A stretch of DNA of 64,000 nucleotides from Chlorokybus atmophyticus. Lineage: Eukaryota; Plantae; Mesostigma and Chlorokybus algae. The position numbers were made by a program, and so were the translations under genes. The stretch lies in NCBI GenBank assembly GCA_009103225.1, contig RHPI01003389.1:62001-126000 (forward strand). The letters are read 5' to 3'. The notes beneath the pieces are model-generated. The model was not told the DNA's origin and searched no databases. It saw nothing but the letters and a program-made list of their open reading frames with translations. Positions 51,001-63,134 of the stretch are shown here, piece after piece. Every line of letters begins with the position of its first letter. Position 1 is the stretch's first letter.

Positions 51001-52338
51001 CAACGATACAGAGCTCATGCCTGTGCATGATTGGTTGTATGCGCCCAATCAGGTGCTGGGATTGACTTACCGGATTGGACGGCACATCAAAGGCACAGCC
51101 GACATCCTCGTTGATTACATCAGTCGATTGATGCCGAGCCCTGCTGAGTACGAAGCCGGTGTCAGTCCGCAGTCCATTCTGCTCCTGGGACCACCAGGTA
51201 TGGAGCGGGTGCCTCAATACCCAACATCCTTTACTTACCCTATAGCTTGCTACTGATGTGCATTGCACGCGTGCCAGGTGTGGGCAAGACAACACTCCTC
51301 AGGGACATCGCACGCATCACTGCTGAGAGATTCCGGGTGGTTATTGTCGACACATCAAACGAGATTGCAGGTCTCGTGCCCTTCATAACAATGTTACGAT
51401 TGGCTGATGCTGTGCTGTGACTTTATCGTCTCATTATCGTCTCATGTGTGCGCACGACTAACAGGGGGAGGAGATGTGCCCCATCCTTGTGTGGGTCGTG
51501 CAAGACGAATGCATGTGCTGCAACGCACACAGCAACATGAGGTTCTCCTTGAGGCAGTCCAAAACCATACTCCAGAGGTATGTCCAGTCCACACAATGGT
51601 TGCCATGCTGGAGCAGCTTGGCGCAAGTGCATTGCTAGATAATGTGCTTATAACTGTATGACTATTCGCGGAGCGCTTAAACTCCCTTATGCCCTGCTCT
51701 CAGGTTGTTATCGTGGATGAAATCAGCGATGCCAAAGAAGTCAAAGCTGCACAATCAATCGCACAGCGTGGTGTAGCAATGGTTGCTACGGCGCATGGAC
51801 TGTCTCTTACCGGTCTGCTCAAGAATCCCGGTATGCGGCATGGGTGTGGCAGCACATGCTGCTTTAGCAGGATACAAGCTTTGGATGTGTGTGTGGCGGC
51901 GAAAACAATGCAGCGCGCATTACAGTCGTCCAAAGTGCGCGTGTGCGCATTACATCTATGTGATTCAGCAAGCTACATGCTCAGGGTTGTGCGTGCATGT
52001 TCCAGTTCTTGCGCACTGACGAAGCATGTTGATCTGCAGAACTGCGGCCTCTTGTTGGTGGTGTGCAAGCAGTCACCCTGGGTGATGCCCTGGCAAAGCG
52101 GCACGGGAACAAAAAGACCCAACTTGAGCGCGCAGGCGCTGCCACGTTCCCAGTGCTGGTAGAGGTGCTCTCCTCCACGCAGCTGCGGATACACGCATCC
52201 GTGGAGCGCAACATTGATGCCATGCTTGCCGGCAGACCTGTTCCAGTAGAGCGACGGTGGCGCGAAGGGAAGAGCATGTTCGCAAGGTTTGAGCACAAGA
52301 AAGGAGGTCCGGACGAGTCTGGTCATTTCACGTTGTGA
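48088..52338 (+). CDS. Multidomain protein, copy B (paralog of 13820-18323): wHTH/LOTUS-like + CCCH + DEDDy exonuclease + Ycf45-like AAA ATPase
   Basis: The exon series matches copy A: [78 protein letters not shown]. Confidence 0.8.
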
Positions 52339-53769
52339 GTGGTTGCAGAGAGTTGCACTTTTTGTTCAGAATTATTACCAGGTAGCTATCGGCATTTAGG
52401 TAATAGTTGCGCAGATGATGACACTGCCTGGTGTTAGTCGCCTGTTCATATCCTTAACCCGCTTTGTGGGTGCAATTGGAGTGTGGATCTGGAGTAGATG
52501 GTGCGATCTGTGTCGTCAGTTATTTGTCTGCTTGTATGTCGCAGGGCTGCCTCCAGCTAATCAATAAGCCACAAACTTGTGTACGGTGTATTAGTAGTGG
52601 CCACAGACCCATGACGCCGTTCAATGTTGAGGGAAGAGAGCGTGTGCCTGTATTTGCCAAGTGCGGCACTCGCTCTTCATTGGCAACCAGGTCAGATTCT
52701 GGTTGTGCCAGCTGTTTTGAACAATTCAACACCATCTCGTCTAAGATATGATGTGCGCCTCAGTCGCGTGCAAAGCTACTCGGTGCCGCAATGGCTTTGC
52801 AATTGGTTACCTTTCTCCAAAAGTTGAGGTGCGTTGAGGTGCGAATGGCTGGGATAATATGGACCCATTATGAGGATGTGTGGAGGTGAATTCCGCTAAG
52901 CCCACAATACATGCGGATAAATCATGAGCAGCACACATCAGATGACTGAATGACTCATATTACTTGGGCAACGGATAGTTTGGTGTCAAGCTACGCAATC
53001 AACCAAATAACCACAAACAACCAAACTACGCTAGGTCACCATGACTCAATGTAGCCACATCTGTTAATCCCGTGCCGGAGTCGTGGGTCTATGAGTCCAT
53101 GTCGCCCTGATGGATGAAGCCGCCAACGCCAGCAGCGCCGAGGCGTGTGCGCGTTGAAATGCCACGGCCATGCGCTAGCAATACTGCGTCGGAAAGCGGG
53201 ACAGGTAGCGAGCCTCCAAGCCTAGATGCTCAATCGCGCAACGCGCGCACTGCTGCAGTACCACAAATGGCTCCCCCAATGAGCCGTGCGTCTCCATTGC
53301 GAGTAAATTGAAGGTAGCGGTCGGGTGGCACACGTTGTACTTCGCGCCCTAGTCTACTAAACGGGGCCAATGGGTAGAACATGGTAGCAGGCATGAGGTT
53401 GCTTCCAATTACACATTAATCTACCACAACAAGATAACAACCTTGCGTGGGGCTCTCAACAGGTAAGATTGAGTGCATTAGACCGGGGGCGTTGGGAAGG
53501 GAAGCGCAGGCAACAAGCACAAACAAGCGCAAGAGCAACATCTTCACCTGCTAGCGCAGAGGTGGTGTGAGCGACGCCGTCGGCGGCGGACTGCACAATA
53601 ACATGATTGCCGTGGCCCTTAAGGCTCCAAGCGGCTCTATCGCCGCCATACACATAACAACAAGGGTTACAGCAACGCAGTGTGGCTGTGGAGAGACGGA
53701 AGAAAGGAGACGGCGGGGCGGGGAGAGGAGGCGAGGGAGGGAGGGGGCTGCATTCGCTGCACCCACCAT

Positions 53770-54040
53770 GGCTTGTGCACCCATTCGGGTACAATTATGA
53801 CACAATTCGTTGATGATGCGCTACCAGGCGCACTGCCAAGGCGACCAGAGCTAGCGGAGGGAGCACCCAAGTCCAGCCTCCGGTGGCAATGCACCAGTTC
53901 GAGGTAATGGCGTTGCCAGCAGCACAAGGACGGCAGGCAGCGAAGAACAACTGCGCCTTGACGATAGCCTCTGAGGCGAAGCAATCTAAGGTTGTTTGAC
54001 CCCATCCGCTGATGAGCAGGTGCGAGGATGTCGGCGCCCA
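53770..54040 (-). pseudogene. DIRS-associated DNA N6-adenine methyltransferase-like fragment
   Basis: LDCFAS, W.LPP and IVPEW..KPWW motifs lie directly after RNase H and are broken by frameshifts. Confidence 0.7.
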
Positions 54041-54043
54041 GCT

Positions 54044-55640
54044 CTAGTCGCCAGTGTCTGGCGCTCGCGAGAGGGCATCTGCCTTCTGCAGGCAGGCCCG
54101 CGGTTGCCAGCAGCAGTGCAGCTGCCAGTCCTGCTGCCACAACACTTCCCACAGGTTGTACAGCTCCCCCCTCAGGTATGGATCACTTGCAGTCAGCTTG
54201 CTGAGGTTGCTCAGCGCTGGCTGGCAGTCCCCCTGCAGGGTGAGCGCCACATGTCGTAAGCTTGGCCGCCGACGCGCCAGCGCGCATAGCAATCTGATAC
54301 ATGCCATGGCTTCTTTCACAGACGGAGCTAACGTCAGCGCCTGCTCGGCAAAGTTACCCTGCACCGGGCCCCATGTGTAACAGCCCCCCAGCCATGCGTG
54401 CCAGATGCATCTGCTTGCAACAACACCGATGCTGGCGGCTTCCACCAGGCGCAGCCCTGAGCTGCATATGCGCGCCAGCAGCCACACCAAGATCTGCGTG
54501 GTATCCGCTGGTGAAGTGAAAAGGCTGTCCCAGCTTGACGCACTGGCCAGGGGTTTCAATAACGTGCGAGCAAACAGCAGAACAGGCGGCAAAGCAAGCC
54601 GCAGCGACACCAGCTTGCCTGCTACGCTGGCTAGCTGGCGAGCCGTCAGCTGAGGGTGCGCAAGCAACGCAGCAATGTCCTCCTCAAGCTGCTGCAGCTT
54701 GTGAGTAGGCACGGCAAAGACACCTGTTTGTGTGTCCACCATCAAGCAGCTTCAATAGTTGAATTGGATAGGGGTTGCACTTAGGCAGCCCAAAGAAACA
54801 CCCAAGAGCAGCGAACATTTGCATTATCAACTTCGTTCTCCACATCACATGCAACTTGCGGTGGTGCGCCAGGTGCATGTCATCAATGTATTCTAAGGTG
54901 CCGAAGCCTCGCATCCGCATTGGTCCGTAAATCACTTGTTGCGTGATGGTGAAAGCATAGCATGCTATACTCAGGCCAAAGGAAAGAACATTCCATTGAA
55001 ACACTTGATCTTGGTACGATATACACAAGAACCTGCGATGTTGCGGTTGTACGGGAATGTGATAGTAGCCCGACTTCATGTCAAGGCTAGCTTGCCACCA
55101 TCCTTTGTGCGTGTAGTGGAGAATATCGAATAACTTCTTGTAATGGAAGAGAACGTGCGCTAGAAAGAGATTCACATAGCGCAAGTCAACTATTAACCTG
55201 AGTTTAGGTTGCGTAACTACACCCATCCCCGACACCACTTGCGGAGCTGCATCCACGAGCACAGGTGTAATACCACCAGTGCACACCAAGTTGCTCAGTT
55301 CATTCTGCACGAATGCAGCGTGCTCTATCACCGAGGCTCTATTACGGAGCTGCACCGAGTGGGAGTGCGTTTTAACAACGCTGCTCTGCGGTGCGCGCAG
55401 TTCAGGCCCTCCTCCCTCAACATCATTTCTACTTGTTTCCGCTTTTTGGGGGAAGCAGCAGCCGTGCCCACAAAACGCAATGGCAAACCATGCCGTATCT
55501 AGCCCAACACTTTCTCCGCAGCTGGATGCTCCGTCCAGCATTCCCAAGCCGCTGCGTGGTGAGTTGGCAACGCAGCCGTAAAAAGCGTGGCATCATGCAT
55601 GATGCCACGTATTTGACCCAACCACTCAGCCTCTGTACAG
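54044..55640 (-). pseudogene. DIRS RT-RNase H pseudogene
   Basis: The N-terminal motif AAWECW..KVLG*IRHGLPLRF contains a stop and is out of frame with the RT core. A second frameshift lies at about 54770. Confidence 0.85.
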
Positions 55641-58601
55641 TCCGGAAGAACAGGTTCTGCTGCCAGGCAGGAGAGCTAGCGCAGCACGTGCATCACAACG
55701 CGTCACTGCTTGTCTTGAGACCAGGGCGCCGACAGCCTTGGCGTGGGCCATACCGCAGGCGACACTGCTGCTGGCTCCGCCAGCAGAAGGGGTTGCTGTG
55801 CGCGCAGGTGCAAGGCCTGCTCTGCAGCGTGTTCCGGATGTTCCTCGCCTGCAGACAGCTCCGGCGCCCACGAGACATCCTGCTGGTCGCATGAGGGTGC
55901 TGCGCATTGTCTTAGGTCATCAACTGCAGCAGAAACAGCAAATGTGAGAGGTGCAGTTCGTGCAGGCGCGGCTATGGGCTCGTCGCCTGATGACGCAGCT
56001 ACCGCGACAGCCTCATGCTGAGCTGCAGCGAGAGACAATATAGCGTACTCAGCTGCAGAGGACGACAGACGACGCTGTATCTTAGCAGCAGAACATTCTG
56101 CCGAAGATGCCGCAGCTATGGCGACGGGCTGGTCACGCACCAAGCCATGCTGCAACAGCACGGCGGACTGTGCTGTACTGGACAGCTGCGGTGCCAAGGC
56201 TGCAGGTGGTTCAGCGCGCGTCAGTGACGTGGTCACAGGTCGTCGTGCAGTCAGGGTAGAGTCGCATGCGTGTGGCGACACTGCATGCGTCGTAGAGACA
56301 CTGCAAATGCGCCTGCAGCGGTGGGCCTCAGGTGCCATGTGACACAGCGACACTGCCAGACTGTGCGGAGCAGACTGCAGGCGCATGCACATGCAACGCA
56401 CAGCCAGCACAGCAGAGCAGTATGGGCGTATATACATGTATGACAAAGGGGGAAAGACAGTGTTGGCCACACACGCACAGTGTGGGCACAGCTGACAGCC
56501 GCCCACCAACAACTAGCTAATCACATAGCTTAACTGCTCGCATTTTCTTTTGCCGGCGCTGCGGCATTCTTTCGTCGGGGGCTTGTCCTGCTGACGTCCA
56601 CCTCCCGCATTCTGCTGCAGTTGGTCATGGCGTCTGTCCTTGTCCATATACGTCAGCGTATCTTGCTCACGCCGTCTGTCACGGTGACCAGCATTCTTGG
56701 TGCTCACAATCCTGAGCGTGGCATAATAAGCAACAAAGCGCGGCATGCATGCAGCGCAGATGTACACAAGGGCACGGCTACTGGCCACCATGCACAGGCC
56801 GCCCTTGAACAGAAAACAAACCTGGCAACGTGCCGGAACTAACTTCGATGTTGTGCAGCCGTGCGCCACACTTCACTGTACAGGTTCAGGTCCTCGTCGA
56901 TGAGACGAGCCTCCGTATATGTCTTCGAGAGCTTTGTCTTCTCCAAATTCGCGGAACAAGCTAGCTTCTAGCAGCACATGTACATATGCTGCCATGAGCA
57001 GTACCTTGAATCCGTGATGAGCTCGGAACACCTCCACATGTTAAGGAGGCCTCGCATGGACAAGTCATTGGTGATGCGGTTTACAATTTTTTGCCGCACC
57101 CGCACATAATGAGATGTGCGAGTGGATTGCACGACAAGCATGCCGTTGGGTGCAAGCACCATGCTACTGGTGTTGGCGAACCCATCTTCATCCTCGATGG
57201 GCGGTGCGAGAGTGTGCGCGGGGGCATCCATGAGAAGCACACATGAAGCGGGAACTGGCGCTTTGAGTTATGAGGGTAGGAGTGTGGTGTTGAGGGTGCC
57301 TAGTGCGGAATCCTCCACGCCATCAACACGCGCTACCAAGCATTCACAACTCATACTAGGTATGTACACTACCTTGTTGACGAGGACGTGGAGGTCACAA
57401 GGAGGAGCCACGTCCTCACTACTCGCCGCCCCCATCGTCCTCGCTTGAGTATAAGGCCATGTAGCTCTCCACGGCAGCGGTGAGGGCCTGGAAGGCCCCA
57501 GCTGCAAAGTCACATTGGCACTGCCAACGGCACTGGCAGTGCCGGCGCCCTGCGCTCCTGACAGCACGCAGGGTCTCCATGCGGGAACGGCGGGAACCGG
57601 AGGAACCGCTCTCTCCGGAGGAAGGGGTGGAGGTGGCTGACAGGGGAGAGGTGGGGGAGGTTGCGCCGCCTGAAGAAGTGGTGGAGGCGCGTGAGATGTG
57701 GCCTCCAGTTGTGGGGGAGAGCGGCGGGAGGAATGAGCGCGGCTCCGTACTGGGGCTCTGCGCCTGGCAGGGCTTCGGCTCCGACTGTGGCTGCAAGTCC
57801 TGCTGCGGCTGGGGCTCTGGCTCCGGTTCCGCTCCCACAACGGCATCGATGATGACGCCGTCAGCGAGCTGCTGCGCTGAGGGCGCTGCAGATGGTGGGA
57901 GCTGCGACGCGGGCTCCGTTGGGGCTCCGCTTCAGGCTGCAACTCCGCCTGTGAGGTGGGGTCCTGCTGCGCCTCCGGTGCGGGCTCAGGTGCTGGCGCC
58001 AAGGCTTCCTGAGGGGCTGCTGGTGCCGGTGCTGGCTGGTGCGGTGGGGAGATGCCGACCCACCTGCCATGCGGGTTGGGAAAAGTGCGGCGCAGGGTGG
58101 TGCGCTCCCTGCCGAACACCATACGCAGGCGACGCGCCCGCGGTGTTGCCGCCGGGTCCTGCAGGAGAGGAGGCAGGGACACGACGATGACGTCACACCA
58201 CACACCTGCCTCACACACCTGCAGCAAAGCTTGGCGGGTTTGAGGGGCTGAGGGGTCGCTGACTCCGACCTCCACCACTAGACCTCCTGCAGACCGAGCA
58301 GCGGACCAACGCCAATCATGAGGCAATCATGCAGGGGACGGGTGTTGAAGTAGCGGACATCCACCTGCTTGGTGATGTCTATCGCCAGCAGATCATCCAC
58401 AACAACACCCAAAGCTACTTGCTGGCGCCAAGCACACAGCTGCACAGGGCGAAAACTGCTCCCCAGCAGCTGCTGCTCGACGCCGTCCTCCGGTGGCAAG
58501 AGAAAACGCTTTGCCGTCTGTCCTGGAGGCTCCAGCGGTGACCAAGGATTGTGCGCCGCTGAGCCAGGACCGTTCTGCAGGCCGACGGCTCACACTCGCA
58601 T

Positions 58602-58908
58602 TTGAGCAAGCACGACGTTGATGGCGCCCACAGCGTCAACAATAACAAGAACAGCTGCTGCGGCTTCAGCCGCAGCAGTTGTTCACTTGCCACGCTTGGC
58701 AAGGTTGCCAGCTGCCCGGCTTTTGGGCACCGCCCATCAGGCCGACGTCGCTGGCTACGGCGGCGTCATGCCCGAGGGGCAACATGACGCGACCGCGCAC
58801 ACAAGGTGCGCACAAGCATACCGTTTCTTGTGCGTCCTCAGACGCAGCAAAGGCGCGCTTACAGAGAGACACTCGCTAGCCTATAAGCTCTCGAGTATTA
58901 ATGCGTGA
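58602..58908. repeat. About 310-bp segment repeated in inverted orientation at 63375-63681
   Basis: The two segments are alignable as reverse complements. The ORF track gives near-identical MMAPTA... peptides on opposite strands. Confidence 0.9.
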
Positions 58909-59093
58909 AAATATTGTAGTGAAGTGTAATTGAAATCTGTATGGTGTGGTAGATCAAAAGGTTGTCACAATTCCAGAGGGCGAAAAGAGTTTAAAATTGT
59001 TTTGTTCTCTAGATTTTGCATCACGTTATGGCACAACGTCTACCTTCCACTTAGCACTGTAGTGCATCATAGTACGAGTCAACACTAGGCATG

Positions 59094-59918
59094 TAAATGT
59101 ACACTTAAGTGTACATTTAAACGGCCTTCTTGGCCGGTGGTGATGTGACAATGCAACATGTGACATATTGTTGGATGGCTCTCAGCGTGACGTGTCTAGG
59201 AAAGTATGGTTTGAAAGTTGCATGCATTCAAATGTTTAACCCTGTGATTAGGGCTTGCTGATCGGACGCGTCGAGGAACCTGTCGGGTTCACTCAGATAG
59301 GAATATCTTCTTACAGAGAAGGAATCTTGTAACAAGTTACCAATGAAAGTTGTTTTACTCAACGAGAGCTATCCAACATGCTCATAAATGCCGCGAAATT
59401 CCTACACATGCAGCCGTAAGGACGCTTTGAAGGCCCTTACATAACTGTACGAAAGTGTACAGCGACTTTTGCCATTTTGGTCGCGTACCAAGGTGTAACT
59501 TTACACCTCGGTACGCGACCAAATTTGTACTTGTAACACAAGTGGCCAATCAAGCTGATATTTTGCACACTGGTTGCTTACAATGTTAGCAATATGTGCA
59601 TAAAGTTTTAGCTTGAAATGTAAAGGTTCGCAATTGTTATAGCAATGCTCAGCAGATGAGATAAGTGTACACTTAAGTGTACACTTATCTACAATCCTAG
59701 TGTTAATTTGTCGAGCGTCGAGTATTTCTGACGCCTTGAAACATATGCAAGAATGTGGTGGTATTGCGAGCAACAGTAGTAGCAGGTCCGATGGTATGCT
59801 GACTGGTATGCTGAGTGTACGAGCTGCTGAGTATGTAGTGTAAGCAGCACTGCTTTAAACCATACTTCACAAGTCTGTTATATAATGTGAGCTCACATAT
59901 CATATACTCTAGAGTATA
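59094..59918. repeat. Cluster of perfect or near-perfect palindromes in an AT-rich spacer
   Basis: 26 bp at 59094-59119, a hairpin at 59476-59523, 32 bp at 59659-59690, 14 bp at 59885-59898 and 16 bp at 59903-59918. Confidence 0.9.
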
Positions 59919-60373
59919 GCATGCATCGCCGCATATGGTATGCTCGGCTCATGTATGCATGCATAGTGAGTAATGATTGGTTTAAAATGATATCTTCAAA
60001 GATGACGTGTTAAGTTGACATAATTATATAACCCGCTCATGCCCCCCCCCCCTTTTCTTATATGTGTGTGAGCAATACACAATGGCATGTGCATGCTTAA
60101 TTGTTGCGGCTTGTATCTTCATAACTTATGCTTTTTCATGAGTGCAGGTGCGCAACAAAACGCATCATCACCTACTGCAATATTTGTAAAACCTTGGTGG
60201 GGGGCGTGATGAAGCATGTCCGCAAGACGACAAGTTGTATATGTCACCACAATAAGTGCACGGAAACAATGCTACATGCAGCATGTAATGTCACATTGAA
60301 TGCTGCATATTGCTATGGTAGCAGCATGCATGCGTCAAATTCAATGTAGCAATGTGCATATTTGGAATGTGAT

Positions 60374-61065
60374 AGTCACAATTTATTCCAAATCGTGACA
60401 TTAGGCTGGGCGCAGGTTTGCAACCTGCGCGCCGAGCCAGTTTAACCTATGGTCGCATGAGCGATCGCGCCGCGATGGCAGGTGTTGCGCGGTGAGGATG
60501 GCCGGATCAAAAAGGCCGCGGGCAGACCGATGGTAAGGCCATGACCACGGCGACGTGGGCTAGTAAGTGCTTCATTGGATAATGAGAAACTCGTGGGTCA
60601 AGTTGGGGAGGAATGTCATGATTTGGGATACATTGTGACAGACCTCACTAATAGTGACGTCTTTTGCTACCATAGCCTAGTGAGCCCACTTGTTGGAATG
60701 GTAACGGAGCTTGACGTCTCAGGTTCAATTCCCGCTGAGGCAGATCCAAGGGCAAAAAACATTTTGGGCGGCTTGCCCCAGGCTGGGCGTAGGTTCGCAA
60801 CCTGTGCGCCGAGCCAGTTTAACCTATAGCCGCGATAGCAGGTCACGCGGTGAGGATGGCCGGATTAAAAAAAGGCCGCGGGAAGACCGGTCATGGTACG
60901 TCCGTGACCACAGCGACGTGGGCTAGTAAGTGCTTCATTGGATAATGAGGAACCCGTGGGTTAAGTTGAGGAGGAATGTCACGATTTGGGATAAATTGTG
61001 ACAGACCTCACTCATGGTAGCGTCTTTTGCTACCATAGCCTAGTGGTCGGAGCCCACTTGTTACA
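60374..61065 (+). mobile_element. Rearranged tandem TRIM family 1 copy (inverted 27-bp LTR tip - partial internal - LTR - internal - LTR)
   Basis: LTRs at 60614-60697 and 60977-61065, PBS TGGTAACGGAGC at 60699-60710, and PPTs before each LTR. GTGAT flanks both ends (60369-60373, 61066-61070). Confidence 0.88.
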
Positions 61066-61285
61066 GTGATGTCCGTAGGGCAGCATGCATGGGTACAAAG
61101 TTTGCATTACAAAAGAGGGGCCATCAATGTAAGCAGATGCAATGTGTTGTTAATGCATCTTGGATGAGAGATCGAGAACCACAAACCAATCGACACCACA
61201 CATGTATATGGTATAATTATCGAGTATCATTATATGTCGTAGTCAATCAACGTACAGTGTACATACACGCTGGATATAGTATTTC

Positions 61286-61328
61286 GTTTGCTGAGAGGGG
61301 TATATCTGATATACCCCTCTCAGCAAAC
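61286..61328. repeat. Perfect inverted repeat, 21-bp arms, 1-nt loop
   Basis: GTTTGCTGAGAGGGGTATATC-t-GATATACCCCTCTCAGCAAAC. Confidence 0.95.
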
Positions 61329-61999
61329 AAAGCAGACCTTGGTTATGGGGCTGATGCCCACGAGCTTGCAAGTGCAAAGCAGGACAGCGATAGAGCAGCG
61401 GTGATTGTATCAGCATAGAGGCATAGTTCATGCAGTTTTCACAAAGCGGTTGCATGTCAACTTATAGAAGCAACGTCAACTACTACAAGCAATCCTAAAA
61501 ACAGCAATGGTGCAATTGACATTGAGCCGCGTCATACCATTCACAACACTAGCATGCATGCCCTACGCGGTGGTTGTGCTAGTGACGATGTGCGACAAAA
61601 ATATAGTATGCTATGTTTGCGGTTTTGTATTGCTGGGTACGGTAGCAGATCACGCTCAAATACTTGTCATGTATTGTCACCAAGTATACAACATTCCAAG
61701 GTGAATGCTCAGCAAGCTTCACCATGTCCAGCATGACACATGATCGAATGCTTACATCCACCACCGGGCACATGCTACAGTCTCTTTGTACCTGTGTTAC
61801 CTACACGCTATTCACAACACCACTACTGCCCAACCCGGTTAGTCATGCATGCGTATGCTAGTACAGTGGCACGACCAGCAACTCAACTAGTAACAACTAC
61901 AACAGCAACAATCAATGCAAGCTACTAGGTAAGGCATTATGATGCATGTCATGCGGTATCATGGTTTACCTGCTCACAGGGGCTGAGAGTCAGTTCAAC

Positions 62000-63134
62000 A
62001 TGCTCACTCTCACAGTACTGATGTGATTAATCACAGCAAGATGATCAGCAGGACCCTTGCCTTTGCATCTCCTCAACAATCATGCCACAAGCCGCTTGTG
62101 GAGGGGCTCACGGCCAAGTTGGCCGTGAGCCCCTCCCCGCCAAAAGCTATGCAGAGTTGCTTCGATGTACACACCACAATCATGCAAGTGTGGTTGAAAT
62201 GCCTTATGAGCAGTAGCGTAGCTGAGTGGTTGTTGCAACTACGAGCGCCGGTTCAGGTGCAAGCCATGGAAGATGTAACATGTGCCAAATGGCATGCCGC
62301 AAGCAGTAGCCCCGACCAAGACCTCCTCCAACTTGCGGGTAAACTGCACTCCTGCTGTGCCTCGTACAGGCATGCATGGTGCTGCTTGATCCTTCCAATT
62401 CTTCAAAGTGCTAAGTTGCACGAGCACTTCGTCAAAGTTGCTCACGACGTTGTCCACACGCACTTTGCAGCCTTTTCCTCCACGTTGCCACGTGCTCCAT
62501 AGGTACACATATAATAAACGGTCTCGCATCAGCAACAGTTGACGCATGCCAGTAGCCTTACCTATCCGCTATGTCATATGTTGCAAAAGCTGATGTATGT
62601 GGCTCTCATTCAGGGGTTGAGCCTCCCGAAGGTGCCACCCATCACCAGCCAGCACGCGTTGATATACCTTCAGGTACTCTTGTAATTCTGGTGCTGCAAG
62701 GATTGCCAACAAGTTGTACAGGATCCCAGCATTGGTTGACCTCGGCCCAGTGAGGCGTGGCCATTGACCAGATGGTTGACAACACGCGTGCGTGCATAAT
62801 GAGCCAGCTGCTACACAAAAGTCCAGAGTTGTTGTTACACTGCTCGTGCTCCATGCATAGGCAACCAATGCCCATGCAGGTATGCGCGTACAAAATGTGG
62901 CCCCACAGCCAGTACACTCTCCCCGTGTCCTTGCACAAATGCATCAGACTCCCTCCATGCTACATTGTTGGCACGTTGGTGCTCAGCTCCAATAGCATGC
63001 ACGCTTATCGTCTGTGATGCGGCTATATATATATATATATATATGTGTATATATATATATATATATGCTAACAGCTGTTGCTGGCTATGCTGGGTCCCCA
63101 CTCGGGGCCTCTCCTCGTCAACCAGTGCTGCCAC
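62000..63134 (-). pseudogene. Tyrosine recombinase pseudogene (DIRS/Crypton type)
   Basis: YLHGHWLPMHG, WDPVQLVGNP, QEYLKVYQR..EAQPL, LLMRDRLLYVYLWSTWQRGG (catalytic Arg box I) and HL..GVY.EATLHSF (HxxR box). It is interrupted by stops, frameshifts, an (AT)n tract and a palindrome. Confidence 0.8.

Larger units (their letters stand above)
53770..58910 (-). mobile_element. Decayed DIRS-type retrotransposon segment: gag-like, RT, RNase H and methyltransferase-like domain
   Basis: RT motifs LRLIVDLRYVN, LDMKSGYYHI, LSFGL and YIDD. DIRS-type RNase H (LQGDCQPAL..WQPRACLQKADALSR). An MT-like domain follows (TLDCFAS..WVLPPLALV..IIVPEWVHKPWW). Upstream ORFs are Pro/Ser/Arg-rich. Confidence 0.85.

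Noticed and set aside
53100-53770. Short ORFs and a GA-rich stretch next to the DIRS truncation point
   Set aside because: No recognisable product. It may be a gene 5' remnant but this is unsupported.
60374-61065. Possible CRISPR-like array, SINE or Helitron end (hairpin followed by CTAG)
   Set aside because: The TG..CA LTRs, PBS, PPT and 5-bp TSDs are fully explained by a TRIM. There are no unique spacers and no cas genes.
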